In this document: positions 15,465-29,210 of the stretch, in pieces | Position numbering within the stretch: the first letter of the stretch is position 1 | Layout of the letters: the number at the start of each line of letters is the position of its first letter | Assembly (NCBI RefSeq): GCF_009914755.1 | Contig: NC_060931.1 | Direction: 5' to 3' (one strand) | Origin: the human T2T-CHM13v2.0 reference genome, Homo sapiens | DNA length: 64,000 nucleotides | Notes under the pieces: generated by a model | Database searches by the model: none | What the model was told of the DNA's origin: nothing | The model's input: the letters and a program-made list of their open reading frames with translations, nothing else | Translations under genes and position numbers: made by a program

Positions 15465-15797
15465 CAGTGGTCCCCAACCTTTTTGGCACCAGGGACTGGG
15501 GTGATGTTTTGGGTGAGAAAAAGGGGATGGGATGGTTTCAGGATGTAACTGTTCCACCTCAGATCATAAGACATTAGTTAGTTTCTCGTAAGGAGCATGT
15601 GATCTAGATCCCTCGCATGCGCGGTTCACAATAGAATTTGCGCTCCTGTGAGACTCTAATGCTACCGCTGATCTGGCAGGAGGTAGAGCTCAGGTAGTAA
15701 CGCTCACTGGCCCGCTGCTCACCTCCTGCTGTGCCGCCCAGTTCCTAACAGGCCATGGACCAGGACCAGTCCGTGGCCCAGGGGTTGGGGACCCCTG
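15465..15797 (-). mobile_element. MER1B (hAT-Charlie MITE)
   Basis: TIRs cagtggtccccaacc and ggttggggacccctg; perfect 8-bp TSD ccctacaa at 15457-15464 and 15798-15805. Confidence 0.93.
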
Positions 15798-15863
15798 CCC
15801 TACAACATGAAACTATGTTACCTTAAGTCAGTCTGTCATGAATCAAGGTTTGTAGGCTTCAAC

Positions 15864-15997
15864 TTTTTGTTTTTGTTTTGTAGAGAAGGTCAATCTGTGT
15901 TGCCGAGGCCAGTCTTGAACTCCTGGCCTCAAGCAAATCCTCCTGCCTCAGTCTGCCAAAGTGCTGCAGTCATAGATGTGAACCACTGCATCTGGCC
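15864..15997 (-). mobile_element. FLAM-type Alu monomer
   Basis: Single left-arm monomer; degenerate TSD taggct(t/c)ca. Confidence 0.85.
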
Positions 15998-17011
15998 TAG
16001 GCTCCATCTTCTTTTGTCTACAAACATTAATTGTCTGTTGGGTCAAGGAGGTATCATACATACATGCCATATATATTGTTTATTTGCAAGTGCATAATGC
16101 CCCCCAGAGTGACCCCTGTACTAAAAGAGATTCCTGCCTATGATGGGGCAATCTCCTGGAGTCTTGGTCAGCCCCAGAGGAGAAGCAGCTAATTGGCACT
16201 CCTTTCATAAATAAATGTCATTTCTGTCACCTAGTATTGCTGACGAGGATATTTAGATCGTTGAAATTAGTTACAGTGACACATGTTGAACCGAAAGAAA
16301 AGCTTTTTAATTAAGTTGAAATTGAACATTTAAGATGAATTTACAGGTAACATTCTGGTAAGAGCAGTGTTAATAGCTAACCCATGGGCCCTATGAAAAG
16401 ACTTGAAGCCTGTCAGCTCTAGGTCACTAGTCAGAGCCCACTGGAGATGGCAGTAATCAAAGGCTTTTTCTGCCTGACAACTGGGGCTGAGGGTTTCTTA
16501 ATGATGGTATATTGGCTGTGAAGAGAGGGGTGTCCATAATTCAAGCAATACCCTCAACTAGAACTAATTGATAGTTTAAACCAAGGAGTCCAGAGTACAA
16601 CCTTTTGTAACACTTCCGTCACCTTTCAGGTACTAGTTATGTTGTCACTTAATAGCATTCTTTTACATGGTTATCCCACTTTTTATTCAACATTTTCTTA
16701 AAAGGTCCCCCCCAAAACATACCATATGCTTTTATTTATCCTAAGGGATCAAATATGGTAAGAGGAGCTAATTAGTTTTTTCAACTGTCACGATTACTCA
16801 ACAACTAAGAAACTAAGAATGAAATCTAGAAATGTTGTTTCCCAGTAATGTGACCTATTAATGGGTATCATGGACTCCAACTTAGATAATGGATTATGTT
16901 CAAAGGAGAGATGAGTGTGATTTCTTTTTTCCTGCAGCAAAGGTAGATGAAAATGCTAACTGAATACCAGGCATCATGCTACAGTGTCTCTTTTCTATTG
17001 GCTGTGTTTAG

Positions 17012-17167
17012 GGGTATTGTCCAGTCAGAAGAAAAACTTGTCATCAGTGCATCCTGGGCAAAAGATGATGATATCAGCAGACTCTTGAAATCTCTACCAA
17101 ACTGGATGAATATGGCTCAACCCAAACAGCTGAGGCCAAAAAGAGAGGAGGAAGAAGATTTCATAAG
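17012..17167 (+). CDS. EXOC4: EXOC4 (Sec8) internal coding exon, 156 nt, phase 2-2 (probably exon 13)
   Basis: Translates as (R)[51 protein letters not shown](R), which I recognise as Sec8/EXOC4. Acceptor tgtttag|G at 17011, donor AG|gtaaaa at 17168. Splices in frame to the next exon. Confidence 0.96.
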
Positions 17168-17296
17168 GTAAAAGGTCCATTTTCTAAGTTGTCCTAAACA
17201 TAGGGAGGAAGCACATCTGTTTAGCTAATATTTTTTTACATGAAATTTAGGCAAATTCTAAAAATCAAGCAGCAATTACTTGAACTTAGTAAAATA

Positions 17297-17359
17297 TGTT
17301 TTCCTCCTGTCTCACCTCATTTCCCATGCAAGTGTGCCTTGAGCTCAAAACTTTAGAAG
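17297..17359 (+). repeat. 63-bp dispersed direct repeat, copy 2
   Basis: 62/63 identical to 15324-15386. Confidence 0.95.
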
Positions 17360-17376
17360 GAAAAAAATTAATGTGA

Positions 17377-17709
<333 letters not shown>

Positions 17710-17842
17710 TAAAATATCTTTTAATTTATAGGTTCTTCTTTCCTCTTAGAGGAAAAATAGAATTCAGTGATTCATTCACTCAGCAAAGTTGTTTGTAGCC
17801 CCCATATGGGCCATACCCTTTCAAACATGAGAGTAAGATAAA

Positions 17843-17886
17843 TTTCTGTCCATACAGAATATGTTTCTGTCCATACAGAATATGTT
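17843..17886. repeat. Perfect tandem duplication, 21 bp x2
   Basis: tttctgtccatacagaatatg occurs twice. Confidence 0.95.
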
Positions 17887-18639
17887 ATGATTGTTCTTAA
17901 CATGTTCTCCAGTCCATAGAAGTGTCAGTTGGACTTTCTGGAAAATACAAATGTGCTTCCTGTGTGTGTGTTCACATACATTGTATTATCCGTGATTGTT
18001 TTCTATGTTTCAACAAAAGTAGAGTCTTTCTTTTAACTTTATCACTCAACATTTGCCTTTGTTCAATTTAAATTATTTACTTAGCCATGAAAGTGTGGCC
18101 TAATTTGATGAAGCTACTCATTTCCATATGGCTGGCTTGCCACAGTGAAACATTTTCACCTCTGTCACTTTAGAGCTGTGTAAAGTAGAAAAACAATGGT
18201 GGTAATACTTTGTCACATCAAAGTTAGGATTAATATTATCTTCTTTTGCCTAAGTGAATGAATAAGTGGTAAAAATAAAATAAAAGCATTTTAAAGAAAC
18301 AAAGACTAGAAGAGGAATAAAAGGAATAAGGGCCCATGTTTTCATTCATCACAGAACTGTGTTCTTATCTCTCTCAAATTGTGCAACTGTAGACAAATCT
18401 TTACTGCTCACAAAGTTAACCTATAATCATACACTACAGTGCCATATTTTTATGAACTTTTTATTATGAAAATTTTCTGTAGCATCATGTTAAACTTTCT
18501 CAAAACCATGATTTTTGAAAGTGCATGTGTAATTTAACCTAAATTCTTCCTGTTTATGTTTTTCTTCCTTATTATTCACAGTATCTGAAAGAAACTTGTT
18601 AGCTAGTTAATTATATAAGAAAACTGTCTCTCTCCCCAC

Positions 18640-21540
18640 CTTTATTTTTTGAAGGAGCAATTTTAGGTTTACAGAAAAACTTGAACAAAAAGTACAGAGT
18701 TGCCATAGATCCCCTTACACCTCCCCCAACCATTTCCTCTGTTTTTAACATCTTGCATTCATGTGGTGTATTTGTTATAATTGATGAGCTAATACTGATA
18801 CAATATTAATGACTAAAGTCTGTAGTTTACATTAAGGATCACTCTTCATATTCTAAATATATCGGTTTTGACACATGTATAAGGAATACATCCACCATTA
18901 TAGTATTATGCAGAATAATAATTTTGCTGCCCTAAAAACTTCCTGTGTTCCTCCTATTCATCCCTCCCTCCCTCAACAGCCTGAACCCCTGGCAACCACT
19001 GATCTTTTTATTGTCTCCATAGTTTCGTCTTTTGCAGAATGTTATATAGTTGAAATCATACAGTATGTTTCCTCTTGAGAATGACTTATTTTGCTTAGCA
19101 ATGTGCATTTAGGTTTCCTCCATGGTTTTTTTATTTTGTGGTATTATTGCTCATTTCTTTTTTATCTCTGAATTATGTTCCATTTCATAGGTGTACCACT
19201 CTATTCACTCATCTATTGAAGGATATCTTAGTTGCTTTCAAGTTTTGGCAGTTATGAACAAAGGTGCTGTAAATAATTTGTGTGCTGGTTTTTATGTGGA
19301 TGCAGGTTTTTAACTCATTTGAGTAAATACCAAAGAATGTGATTGCTGGATCATAAGGGCAAAATATGTTTAGTTGTATAAGAAACTGCCAAAATGTATT
19401 CCAAAGTGGTTGTATCATTTCACATTCCTACCAGCAAGGAACAAGAGCTCCTGTTTCTCCACATTCTTGCCAACATTTGATGCTGTCAGTGTTTTGGATT
19501 TTAGCCATTCTTATGAATGTGTAGAGATATCTCATTGTATTAATTTGCAATTTCCTAATGACATGTGATGTTGAACATCTTTTCATATGCTATTTGCTGT
19601 CTCTATATCTTTGGTGAAGTGTTTATTCAAATCTTTTGCCTACATTTTAATTGGGTTATGGGTGTTCTTGTTCAGTTTTAAGAGTTATATGTATATTTTG
19701 GGTAGCAGTCCTTCATCTGATAAGTATTTTGCAAAGATTTTCTCCCAGCCTGTAGTTTGCCCTTTCATTCTCTTCACGATGTCTTTTGCAGAGAAGTTTT
19801 AATTAAGTCCAACATATTTTTGTGCTTTTCTGTCTTCTCTTGTTTTAATTATTTTGTATGGTTCCATTTTTTCTTGTCTTTTACCATATTAGTTATACTT
19901 CTTTTTTTTACACCTTGCATTCATCGTATACATTTATAACTAATCCAAGTCTGCTTTCAATGACACTGTACCACTACACAGGCAGTGTAAGTACCTTATA
20001 ACAGAGTATTCCCAATTCTTCCTCCCTATCCTTTGTAACATTGCTGTCATTGATTTCATTTATCCATAAGCTAGAATCATTGACTACAATGTTATTGTTA
20101 TTATTTTGAACAAACTGTTGGATCAAGTAAGAATTAGAAAAGGTTTATTTTTACCTTTGTTTATTCCTTCCCTAATGCTCTTCCTTTCTCAATGTAGATC
20201 CACGTTTCTGATCTGTATCATTTTTCTTCTCTCTGAAGAACTTCTTTTGACACATCTTGCAAGACAGATCTACTGGCAGCAAATTCCTTCAGTTCTTATT
20301 TGTCTGAGAAAGTGTTTATTTTTTCTTCACTTAAAGGATAATTTCACTAGGTACAGAAATCTAGACTGATGTATTAGTCAAGGTTTTGCAGAGAAACAGA
20401 CCTAATAGGATGGAGGGAGGGATAGACAGATAGATTAATTGACTGATTATAGGAATTGGCTCATTAAATTATGAGGCCAAGAACATCCACCATCCACCAT
20501 TTGCCAGCTGCAGAACAAGGAAAGTCAGTGGTGTAATTTATTCCAAGTCCAAAGCCCTGAGAACAGGGTTAGAGGGTGGGGCTAGTGTAAGTCATGGAGT
20601 CTGAAGGCCTGAGAACCAGGAGCTTCAGTGTCTGAGGACAAGAGAAAATGGATGTCCTGCTCTAGCATACAGAGAATGAATTCACCCATCTCCACCTTTC
20701 TGTTCTATTCAGGCCCTCAATGGATTGGATGATACCCATCCATGTTGGTGAGGGAGGATCTTCTTTACTAAGTCTACTGATTAAAATGCTAATCTCTTCT
20801 AGAAACACCCTCACAGACACACCAGAAATGTTATACCAGTTATCTGAGCATCTCTTAGCCCAGTCAAGCTGACATATAAAATTAAACATCACAACTGAGG
20901 ATTGTTTTTTTTCTCTTTTAACAACTAAATATTTTACTCCACTCTCTTCTTGTCTGCATGATTTCTGAAGAGAAGTCTGATATAATTCTTATCCTTGTTC
21001 CTCTATAGGATTTTTTTTCCTCTGGTTTCTTTAAAGATTTTTTTTGTCTTTGATTTTGTATACTTTGAATATGATATGCCTAGGTGTAGAATTTATGGTG
21101 TGTATCCTGCTTGGTGTTTTCTGAGCCTCCCAGATCTGTAGTGTAGTGAGGTATCTCTAATTGATTTGGAGTAATTTTCAGTTACTATTGCTTCAAATAT
21201 TTATTCTGTTGCTTTTTCTCTTTCTTCTCCTTCTGATATTCCCATTATGCATATGTTATACCTTCTTAAACTGTCTTATAGTTCTTGGATTGTATGTTTT
21301 TTAACTGTCTCAGAGTTCTTAGATATTCTGTTGTTTTATTCTTCTTTTCTCTTTCTGGTTCAGTTTTGAAAGTTTCTATTGACATTTCTTCAGTGTCTCC
21401 AGTTCTTTCCTTGGCCATATCCAGTCTATTGCTGAGCCCATCAGAGGCATTCTTCATTTTTGTTACAGTGTTTTTTATTTCTAACATTTGCTCTTGATTC
21501 TTTCTTAGAGTTTTCATCTCTTCTTACATTACCTGTAGTT
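18640..21540 (-). mobile_element. Old L1M (L1MC/MB-like) fragments from 3' UTR to ORF1, interrupted by MLT2
   Basis: ttttaggtttacagaaaaa 3' end. Minus-strand ORFs 19209-19418 (ORF2 C-terminus-like, IQPLWNTFWQFL..PYDPAI) and 21266-21517 (ORF1-like, LEIKNTVTKMKNASDGLSNRLDMAKER). Confidence 0.8.
20370..20893 (-). mobile_element. MLT2 (ERVL) solo LTR
   Basis: tgtattagtc...aaattaaacatcaca termini; perfect 5-bp TSD actga. Confidence 0.9.
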
Positions 21541-21993
21541 TGCTTTTTATTGGATATCTATTTATTATATATACATACTTTTAATGAAGCATAATAAATA
21601 TATGAGAATGTGCACATATCAAAGTCACAACTGTGCCAATTTTTACACTGTTCACTTTTGTAAACAATACTCAGATCAAGAAACAGAACATTAGCAATAA
21701 GAACATAGCAACAAAGTGCCTTCTCGTCCTCCTTCTTTCTAGTTACTGCCTGCCTCTTCAAAAGTTACCCTTGCTGACTTGTAACTACTAGACTAGTTTA
21801 ATCTATTTTTGGACCTTATATAAATGGAATCATGCAATTATATATATATATTTATTTTTATGACTGGCTTCTTATTTTCCACATTATGTGAGCAAGATTC
21901 ATCCATATTGCTGTATATAGGTTCTCACTACTTCATAATCTATATTGTATTTCATTATGTCACTACAACAAGGTTTTTAAAAAATTTATACAT

Positions 21994-22290
21994 GGCCGGG
22001 CGCGGTGGCTCATGCCTGTAATCCCAGCACTTTGGGAGAACTGAGACGGGTGGATCACGAGGTCAGGAGATCGAGACCATCTTGCCTAACACGGTGAAAC
22101 CCCGTCTCTACTAAAAATACAAAAAAATTAGCCGGGTGTGGTGGCAGGTGCCTGTAGTCCCCAGCTACTCAGGAGGCTGAGGCAGGAGAATGGTGTGAAC
22201 CCAAGAGGCGGGGCTTGCAGTGAGCCGAGATCGCACCACTGCACTCAAGCCTGGGCGACAGAGCGAGACTCCGTCTCAAAAAAAAAAAAA
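21994..22290 (+). mobile_element. AluY
   Basis: ggccgggcgcggtggctc, gagatcgagaccatc, agaatggtgtgaaccc; TSD aaaaatttatacat. Confidence 0.95.
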
Positions 22291-22556
22291 AATTTATACA
22301 TGTGTGTTTCTATGTGTGTGTGTGTATGTGTGTACATGTAATTGTGTATTCATACATTCATCATTCTGCTGGGCTCTTGGAACTATTTCACATAGTGCTA
22401 TTGTGAATATCCTGGGTTTTTTTTTTGATAACCATATATGTGCATTTTGGTTGGGTATATCCTAGGAGTAGAATTTCTGGGTAATACAGTATGCATATGT
22501 TGAGTGTTAGTATACACTGCCAAATAATTTTCCAAAGTGGTGGTAAGAGTTTACAC

Positions 22557-22808
22557 TTTTTTTTTTTTTTTTTTTTGAGACAGAGTTTCGCCCTTCGCCC
22601 AGGCTGTAGCGTAGTGGTGCAATCTCAGCCCACTGCAACTGCCGCCTTCTGGTTTCAAGAGATTCTCCTGCCTCAGCCTCCCAAGTAGCTGGGATTACAG
22701 GCACCCACCACAACGCCTGGCTGATTTTTGTATTTTTAGTAGAGACAGGGTTTCACCATATTGGCCAGGCTAGTCTCGAACCTTGTGATCCGCCCACCTC
22801 GGCCTCCC
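22557..22808 (-). mobile_element. Alu, 5' truncated (AluSg-like)
   Basis: Poly-T then Alu body ending at cggcctccc. Confidence 0.92.
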
Positions 22809-25203
22809 TTATAGTGTTGTATGAGAGTTCTAGTTGCCCCATATCTCACCAGCACTTATTTTTTTATTTTAGCCAGCCCAGTAGGTTTGTAAGGGTATCT
22901 CTTTATCATTTAATATGCATTTATCTCTTGAACAATGAACTTGAACACTTTTTTATGCACACGTATTTATTGGCCATTTGAATATCCTCTTTTGTAACAT
23001 ATTTGTTCAAATCTATTGCCCATTTTAATTAGCTTGTCTGTCTGTAGCGATTTTTAAGAGTTCTTTGCATATCTGGATGTAACATCTTTGAGATAGACAG
23101 ATAGACCAACAGATCTTCTCCCACTGTACAGGCCACCTTTTTTACTGTCTTAATGGTGTCTTTTACTAAACAGACTTTTTAAAGTTTTAATAAATTTAAT
23201 TTGTTATTATTTATGGACAAGACATTTTGAATCCTATTTAAGAAATCTATGATTTACCAAAGTCACAGAGATGTTTTCTTCTAAAACCTTTATTGTGCTG
23301 AATATATTTTCCCCCTGCATCTGATATAAATGATAAGCTTTTACATTTTTATTTCCTCTACCTGTTCTCTTCCCTTCATTTGCATCATGTTGTCATGACT
23401 ATAGTGTAGAGAGTAACTTGAGGGTTTTTTTTTTCTATCAAGACAGGTAAAGAATGATTGAGAGATCGATTGGTTAGAGCCCTGAGTAGAAATAATTAAA
23501 CTGACCTTAGGATAAAGGTCAGGCCACAAGGCTCCACTCTTTCACAGTATTACCATAATATTTTCCCACTGCCAGATTTTGAAGATGGCTGGGTGAACAT
23601 GTCCCCACTCGTTCTCCGTAAGCATACTCATCTAACTACAGCTGTCAACCTTAATAGTTGCGCTACAAGCAGTTTCTGGAAGAAAAATTATTTTTTCCCA
23701 ACTTTACAGATTATTTTAAATGACTAAATATCTTTTTCTTCTTGTTCCTCAGCTTATTTTTGTGTAACTCCTTAATTGTATTTTATGCTTGACAATGGGA
23801 TTTTCCATCAGTCTTATAGGTATCTTCAATAGCTTAAATTGAAGGGAATGCTTTCTAGCCTCATTCCAGAAAAGAGAATACTGATCCAAAGAAATGAATT
23901 TTTACCCTTCATGCTTCTGATTTAAAAAAGCTAGAATCAAGGTCCTGGCTTTCTTTATTCTTATTTTGCTCACTGAGTTGTATCACTTTCTATCTTAAAT
24001 TTGAAGGCAAAACAAATTAAATGTATATTTCTTAATACATGAAGCAAAGTGTAATCTTAAGTGTATAACTAAATGTAATGTTATATCTCATTATATACCA
24101 TCCCAGATCAAAATATACAATTTTTCTAGTATCCCAAAAAGTCCTGCTCTCAAAGTAACCACTATTCTCACTTTCATCCCATAGTTTAGATTTACTTGTC
24201 TTTGAATTTTATATAAATTTAATCATAGCATCCAATTTATTTTGTTCAACATTATGCCTAAAGGATTTATCCATGTTTTTGCATGTAGAGATGGCTTGAA
24301 AAACAAACTATATTTGCCTTAACAAAAGAAAAGTAACTTTTAGGTCTATTTGGTATATGATTGACTCTTTCCTTTTAACCTGTCACATTCTCTATCCCAA
24401 TTAGAAGTCGAAAGCAAAGTTAAGTAGAAGAGGACACTCTTCATTGATATTCCAATGTGGTAGACTTGACAGAGTGCCTTGATTTAGCACTTTAGAGTAC
24501 CATAGAATATGGCATGAGCCAAAAAGACTGAAAAGTCACAATCTCCCCCTATAATTAGTTTTTAAAGCTCAGAGGGCTGCTTGGCACATAGATGAATATA
24601 GAATCCATTGCCCTTTGCATTGAATAAAGGTTACGTTCCCTTCATTACTAAATGAGGCTCTTTTCTATTCTTGTTTTTTAACTAAAAAATAAAATGTATT
24701 ATTTCCAGGCTTAACTTTGAATGGAGAGAGGAAAAATAGGTCACGCAAGGGCTTTCATAGAAAAAAGAAAAATAGCAAATATCCTTTTATTCCCAAAGAA
24801 GCTGAAAGCAGGCTTTCTAGCCCATTGTCTTTGCACCTGCCATATATATGTATATATTTATCCTTTTGAGATCAATGATTATCTGCTGATAAAAGGCATT
24901 CCTGCTTTCTGGAGATGTAATTAACAGAAGGGATAAGGTGTTGGGGAAGCAAAGAGGACAGGGAAGGAGCTAGGGAGGCCATGTGTATTAGAAAAACAGC
25001 CCCCACCCCAAATGGTTACCCTCATTTCATTCATACCCTGAATGAAAGAAGAAGAATCAGTTCTCTAGAGCCTGGTTTGAAAATTCTTAAGTGGATAGGT
25101 GTGATTGGTAGGACCTGGAGCAGAATTTTCAGGTGATAAAGGTCAAGCAATATATAAAACCTACAGATTAGTCTTGAAAGATGCACAATAAAGAATTAAG
25201 ATT

Positions 25204-25500
25204 GTGCCTGTAATCCCAGCACTTTGGGAAGCCGAGGCGAGTGGATCACAAGGTCAGGAGTTCGAGACCAGCCTGACCAAAATGGTGAAACCCCGTCTCT
25301 ACTAAAATAGAAAAAAAAATTAGCTGGGCATGGTTATACGTGCCTGTAATCCCAGCTACTCAGGAGGCTGAGGCAGGAGAATTGCTTGAACCCAGGAGGC
25401 GGAAGTTGCAGTGAGCCGAGATTGCGCCACTGACTGCACACCTGCCTAGGCAACAGAGCAAGACTCCGTCTCAAAAAAAAAAAAAAAAAAAAGAAGAAAA
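25204..25500 (+). mobile_element. Alu (AluSg-like), slightly 5' truncated
   Basis: TSD aaagaa(t/c)taagat. Confidence 0.93.
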
Positions 25501-25589
25501 GAACTAAGATCATGCAGTTTATTCCAGCAGTCACAGCAATAAGAGTGGTCAGTGCCTGGCACAGTATAGCAGCAGTACGAATTTTCAGG

Positions 25590-25735
25590 AATTATTATTC
25601 CTACTCAACATATGAGGAAACTGAGGTGCAGAGGAAGTAAATGACTTCCCCAAGTTCACACAGCCACTAAGTGACAGGGCTAGAATTTGACTCTAGGTAA
25701 TTGACTCTGACTTCCAGAGCCACCACACTATGCTG
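25590..25735 (-). mobile_element. MIR
   Basis: MIR core atgaggaaactgaggtgcagag...aaatgacttccccaagttcacacagc. Confidence 0.8.
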
Positions 25736-28308
25736 ACCAGCCTAAAAATGGATCAGGAATTTGTGGATTTTGACATTTGAATTATTCCTTTATTTTCATT
25801 GATCATCATAATCTTGACTGATATTTGAGTCATTTTATGCTAATGTCACAGACATTTATCATATAAGCATTTTGACTCTAGATTTTGTTATCATTGGTAT
25901 TCATTATATTATACCTGATGTATTATATTGTTATAGGTTCTCTCCTTTCCAATAACAGGTTGTTAAACAGAATATCCAGCTATACTTGGAGGAAAAATAA
26001 TCTATTGAATATAGGTGCTTTAAAACTGCTTGTCTTATTTTCCTCTGATTTATATGTTTGACTAATCAATGCAAAGAAAAAATAATAATCGTTGTTGAAG
26101 ATGGGGGAATGAAACATAAAAATGATATAAAATAAATTACATAGATTTTGGGTAGAGGGTGATGCAGTCCTGAATCAGGAAGAGAGACTAAAGGACATTT
26201 TGTAGCTATTTTTACTTATTGAGTTATTTAGAAAATAACTTCTTTATTTTATCTGGAGAATCAAATGAGTGGTATGTTTACTATGACTACCTTTTGTGGT
26301 TTTATGAAATTAGGAAGTCAACATGATTAACAGCAAAATATTCATTTCCAGCAAGCAAGATGGTTGATCTTAAGTTATTATTTGGCACGAGTCATATATT
26401 AAATGTTCAGTGAAAAAGGAATAAAAGCAGAAAGCAGGTTTGCACTTTTACTTTTCTTCTGTGGAATCCTCTTAGTATGCTAAGAGGTCCTCGTACCATA
26501 GGTCCTCAGTAAACGTTGAATGAATGAGAAGGATCAGCCCCTCCTCAAATGAAAGAAATAAAATGTAAAAAAAAAAAAAAATGGGGAGGCCTCAGCCTTC
26601 AGTGAACTCTCTGAAAGTTACATGCATAGTAAGAAATTCCCTTTGGAAAGCCACTGGCCTACATTCTGGTCCTCAGCACCATCATTAACTAGTTTGTTTT
26701 GTTTTTGTCCTTAGTAGGTCTTTATACCTCTTCAATTTTTTCATCCAATTCAGATTAAACAATTCTAAGAGATGCAGAAATCTAGCAGAGTCAGGAATGT
26801 GTTTAGATGTGGAAATTAGATGAATAAAGTAGAGCATAAATGATTTTCAGAAAAGTTCCTGTTGGAAATTTGAAAGGTTCTCAACGTAATATAAGCAACA
26901 GCTGTTAAAAGTTTCCAGCTAACTATAGCTATTGAAGAATCTTCAGATAAGTTTGAAGGAGTAAATGAAAGGGGCGAAGCAGGAAAAAAAGACTTTAGCT
27001 ATCTTGAACAAAGTGTTCATATTTATGTTCATAAATTGGAGACATTTATTTCATTATCTCTGGATGCTTAATATAACTTTTAAAATATAATTATAAAAGG
27101 AAAGATAAATCAGAAAACATGAATATATTAAATAAGTGCAAGAGTAAAAAATGCTTTACTAAAATATTTTCTTTGCTGCAGTTAAATGAGATGAAGGTCA
27201 TAGATGGATATAGAACGCTGCCAGGCAAGTCTGGATGAGAAGCTGACTTAAATCTCAAAACTAAACAGAAAAGACAGGTCATTAACTGGAGACTCAGCTG
27301 CAAACATATCAATTAATGTTCAAGATGATTGAATTAGGCATTTTGTTATTATATGAAAATGATACCATTCTTGTTAGCATAAGAGTGGCAGTAAATGGAA
27401 GAAAACAAAATTTAAAATCTCCCCTACACATCACATTAATGCTAGTGTATTTGGACAATTATTTGAGAATTATAATTATCTGTTAGTATCATTAAAGTGT
27501 CACTAATTTGTTTTCTAAATTTCATTTTTATTTAATTTTAGATATAATTATTTAATTTTTTTCCATTAAGGTGGACATTTAATACCATTCCTCTTTCATT
27601 TGAGGCTTAATGAAAGAAAAAAATGCAATTCTTCCAAGGTAGTCCCACTTAGCCCTTGAGAAAGTCAGGCTGGCAGTGGTCACCTGTGCCATTGTGGTGG
27701 TGGGCAGGATGCCTGTGATCAAGCCTGGGTAGGTTGCAGGCAGAAGTGTTCCTGAGACAAGGGCAAGCGGTGAGACGCTCTAGTAGCACTGCCGAAAGCC
27801 CGTGCCTGCTGTAATCTTGGCCCCACTCTGTCTCTGCTGATGCCTGTTCTCTGCTGCAAGCTGAAATTCCCTGCCAGCGGGTGAAGGACCATTTGCCTCC
27901 TCACATCTGTCTTTCTCTCCCTGTTGAATTGTTTCCACTTCCTAGTCCACCATCCTCTTTCATACTCACCTTTGCCATCAAGATTCAGCTTAGGTATCAA
28001 CTCCTCCAGCATCTCCTCCCAGAAACCCTCCTCCCGCTCCACGCTGCACCCTCCTCCCCTCACTCACAGTCTGTGGGTGAGTCAAACCAGTAAGCAGACC
28101 CTTAATAGTGTGGTGAGTGCTACTGCTGGAGGGAAAAATATGGATAAACCTACACAGAAGAGGCCAGAGAACTAAAAAGCATTAGAAAGAGGAAGGGGAT
28201 GGAGTTGGAGCTCAGAGGAGGGGGTCCTCACCCATCCATCAAGCAAGAGGTCAGAAGACAGTGTCTAAAATTAACATCAACAAGTAGCCGTTTCAACAGA
28301 TTCTTTAG

Positions 28309-28659
<351 letters not shown>

Positions 28660-28989
28660 ACAGTAGTACCTTTTTAGACAGTTATATATGGTTGTTTCTG
28701 GGGCACAAGACTGAGACTGGGGAGTGGTAGGACAGTGGGGTCACTACTGATTAGTGTAGGTTATTTAACCATGGGTAATTATTCCTTTGGTTTAGAATTG
28801 TTAATTTGTTTTAAAAACAATTCTCCACACATCCTCAAACCCTGTGACTGCTCTGATAGTTACCTACTGCTCCCAAATACACTGTCATTCTAACACTTCT
28901 ATCCCAGAAAAAAAAATGGATCATCTTAAGCCATTTTCACTTTTTTGCCAATTTTACACAAAGCATTTACTCTTCTTTATAGTATCTCT

Positions 28990-29210
28990 GTTTTTTTACT
29001 TTCCAGCTTTTATTTTAGATTCAGGGGTGTGTATGCAGGTTTGTTACATGGGTAAATTGCATGTCATGGGGATTTAGCCTACAGAATATTTTGTCAACCA
29101 GTTAAGAAACATAGTACCCGATGGGTAGTATTTTGATTCTAACCCTCCTCCTACCCTTCACCCTCAAGTAGTCCCATGTCTACTGCTCCCTTCTTTGCGT
29201 CAATGTGTAT
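28990..29210 (-). mobile_element. L1PA13-16-like 3' end fragment
   Basis: ttttattttagattcagggg...tgcaggtttgttacatgggtaaattgcatg. Confidence 0.8.

Larger units (their letters stand above)
21560..23330 (-). mobile_element. Old L1M 3' fragment interrupted by two Alus (approximate)
   Basis: tataaatggaatcat, ttttccaaagtggt and ttggccattt motifs typical of L1M. Confidence 0.65.
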
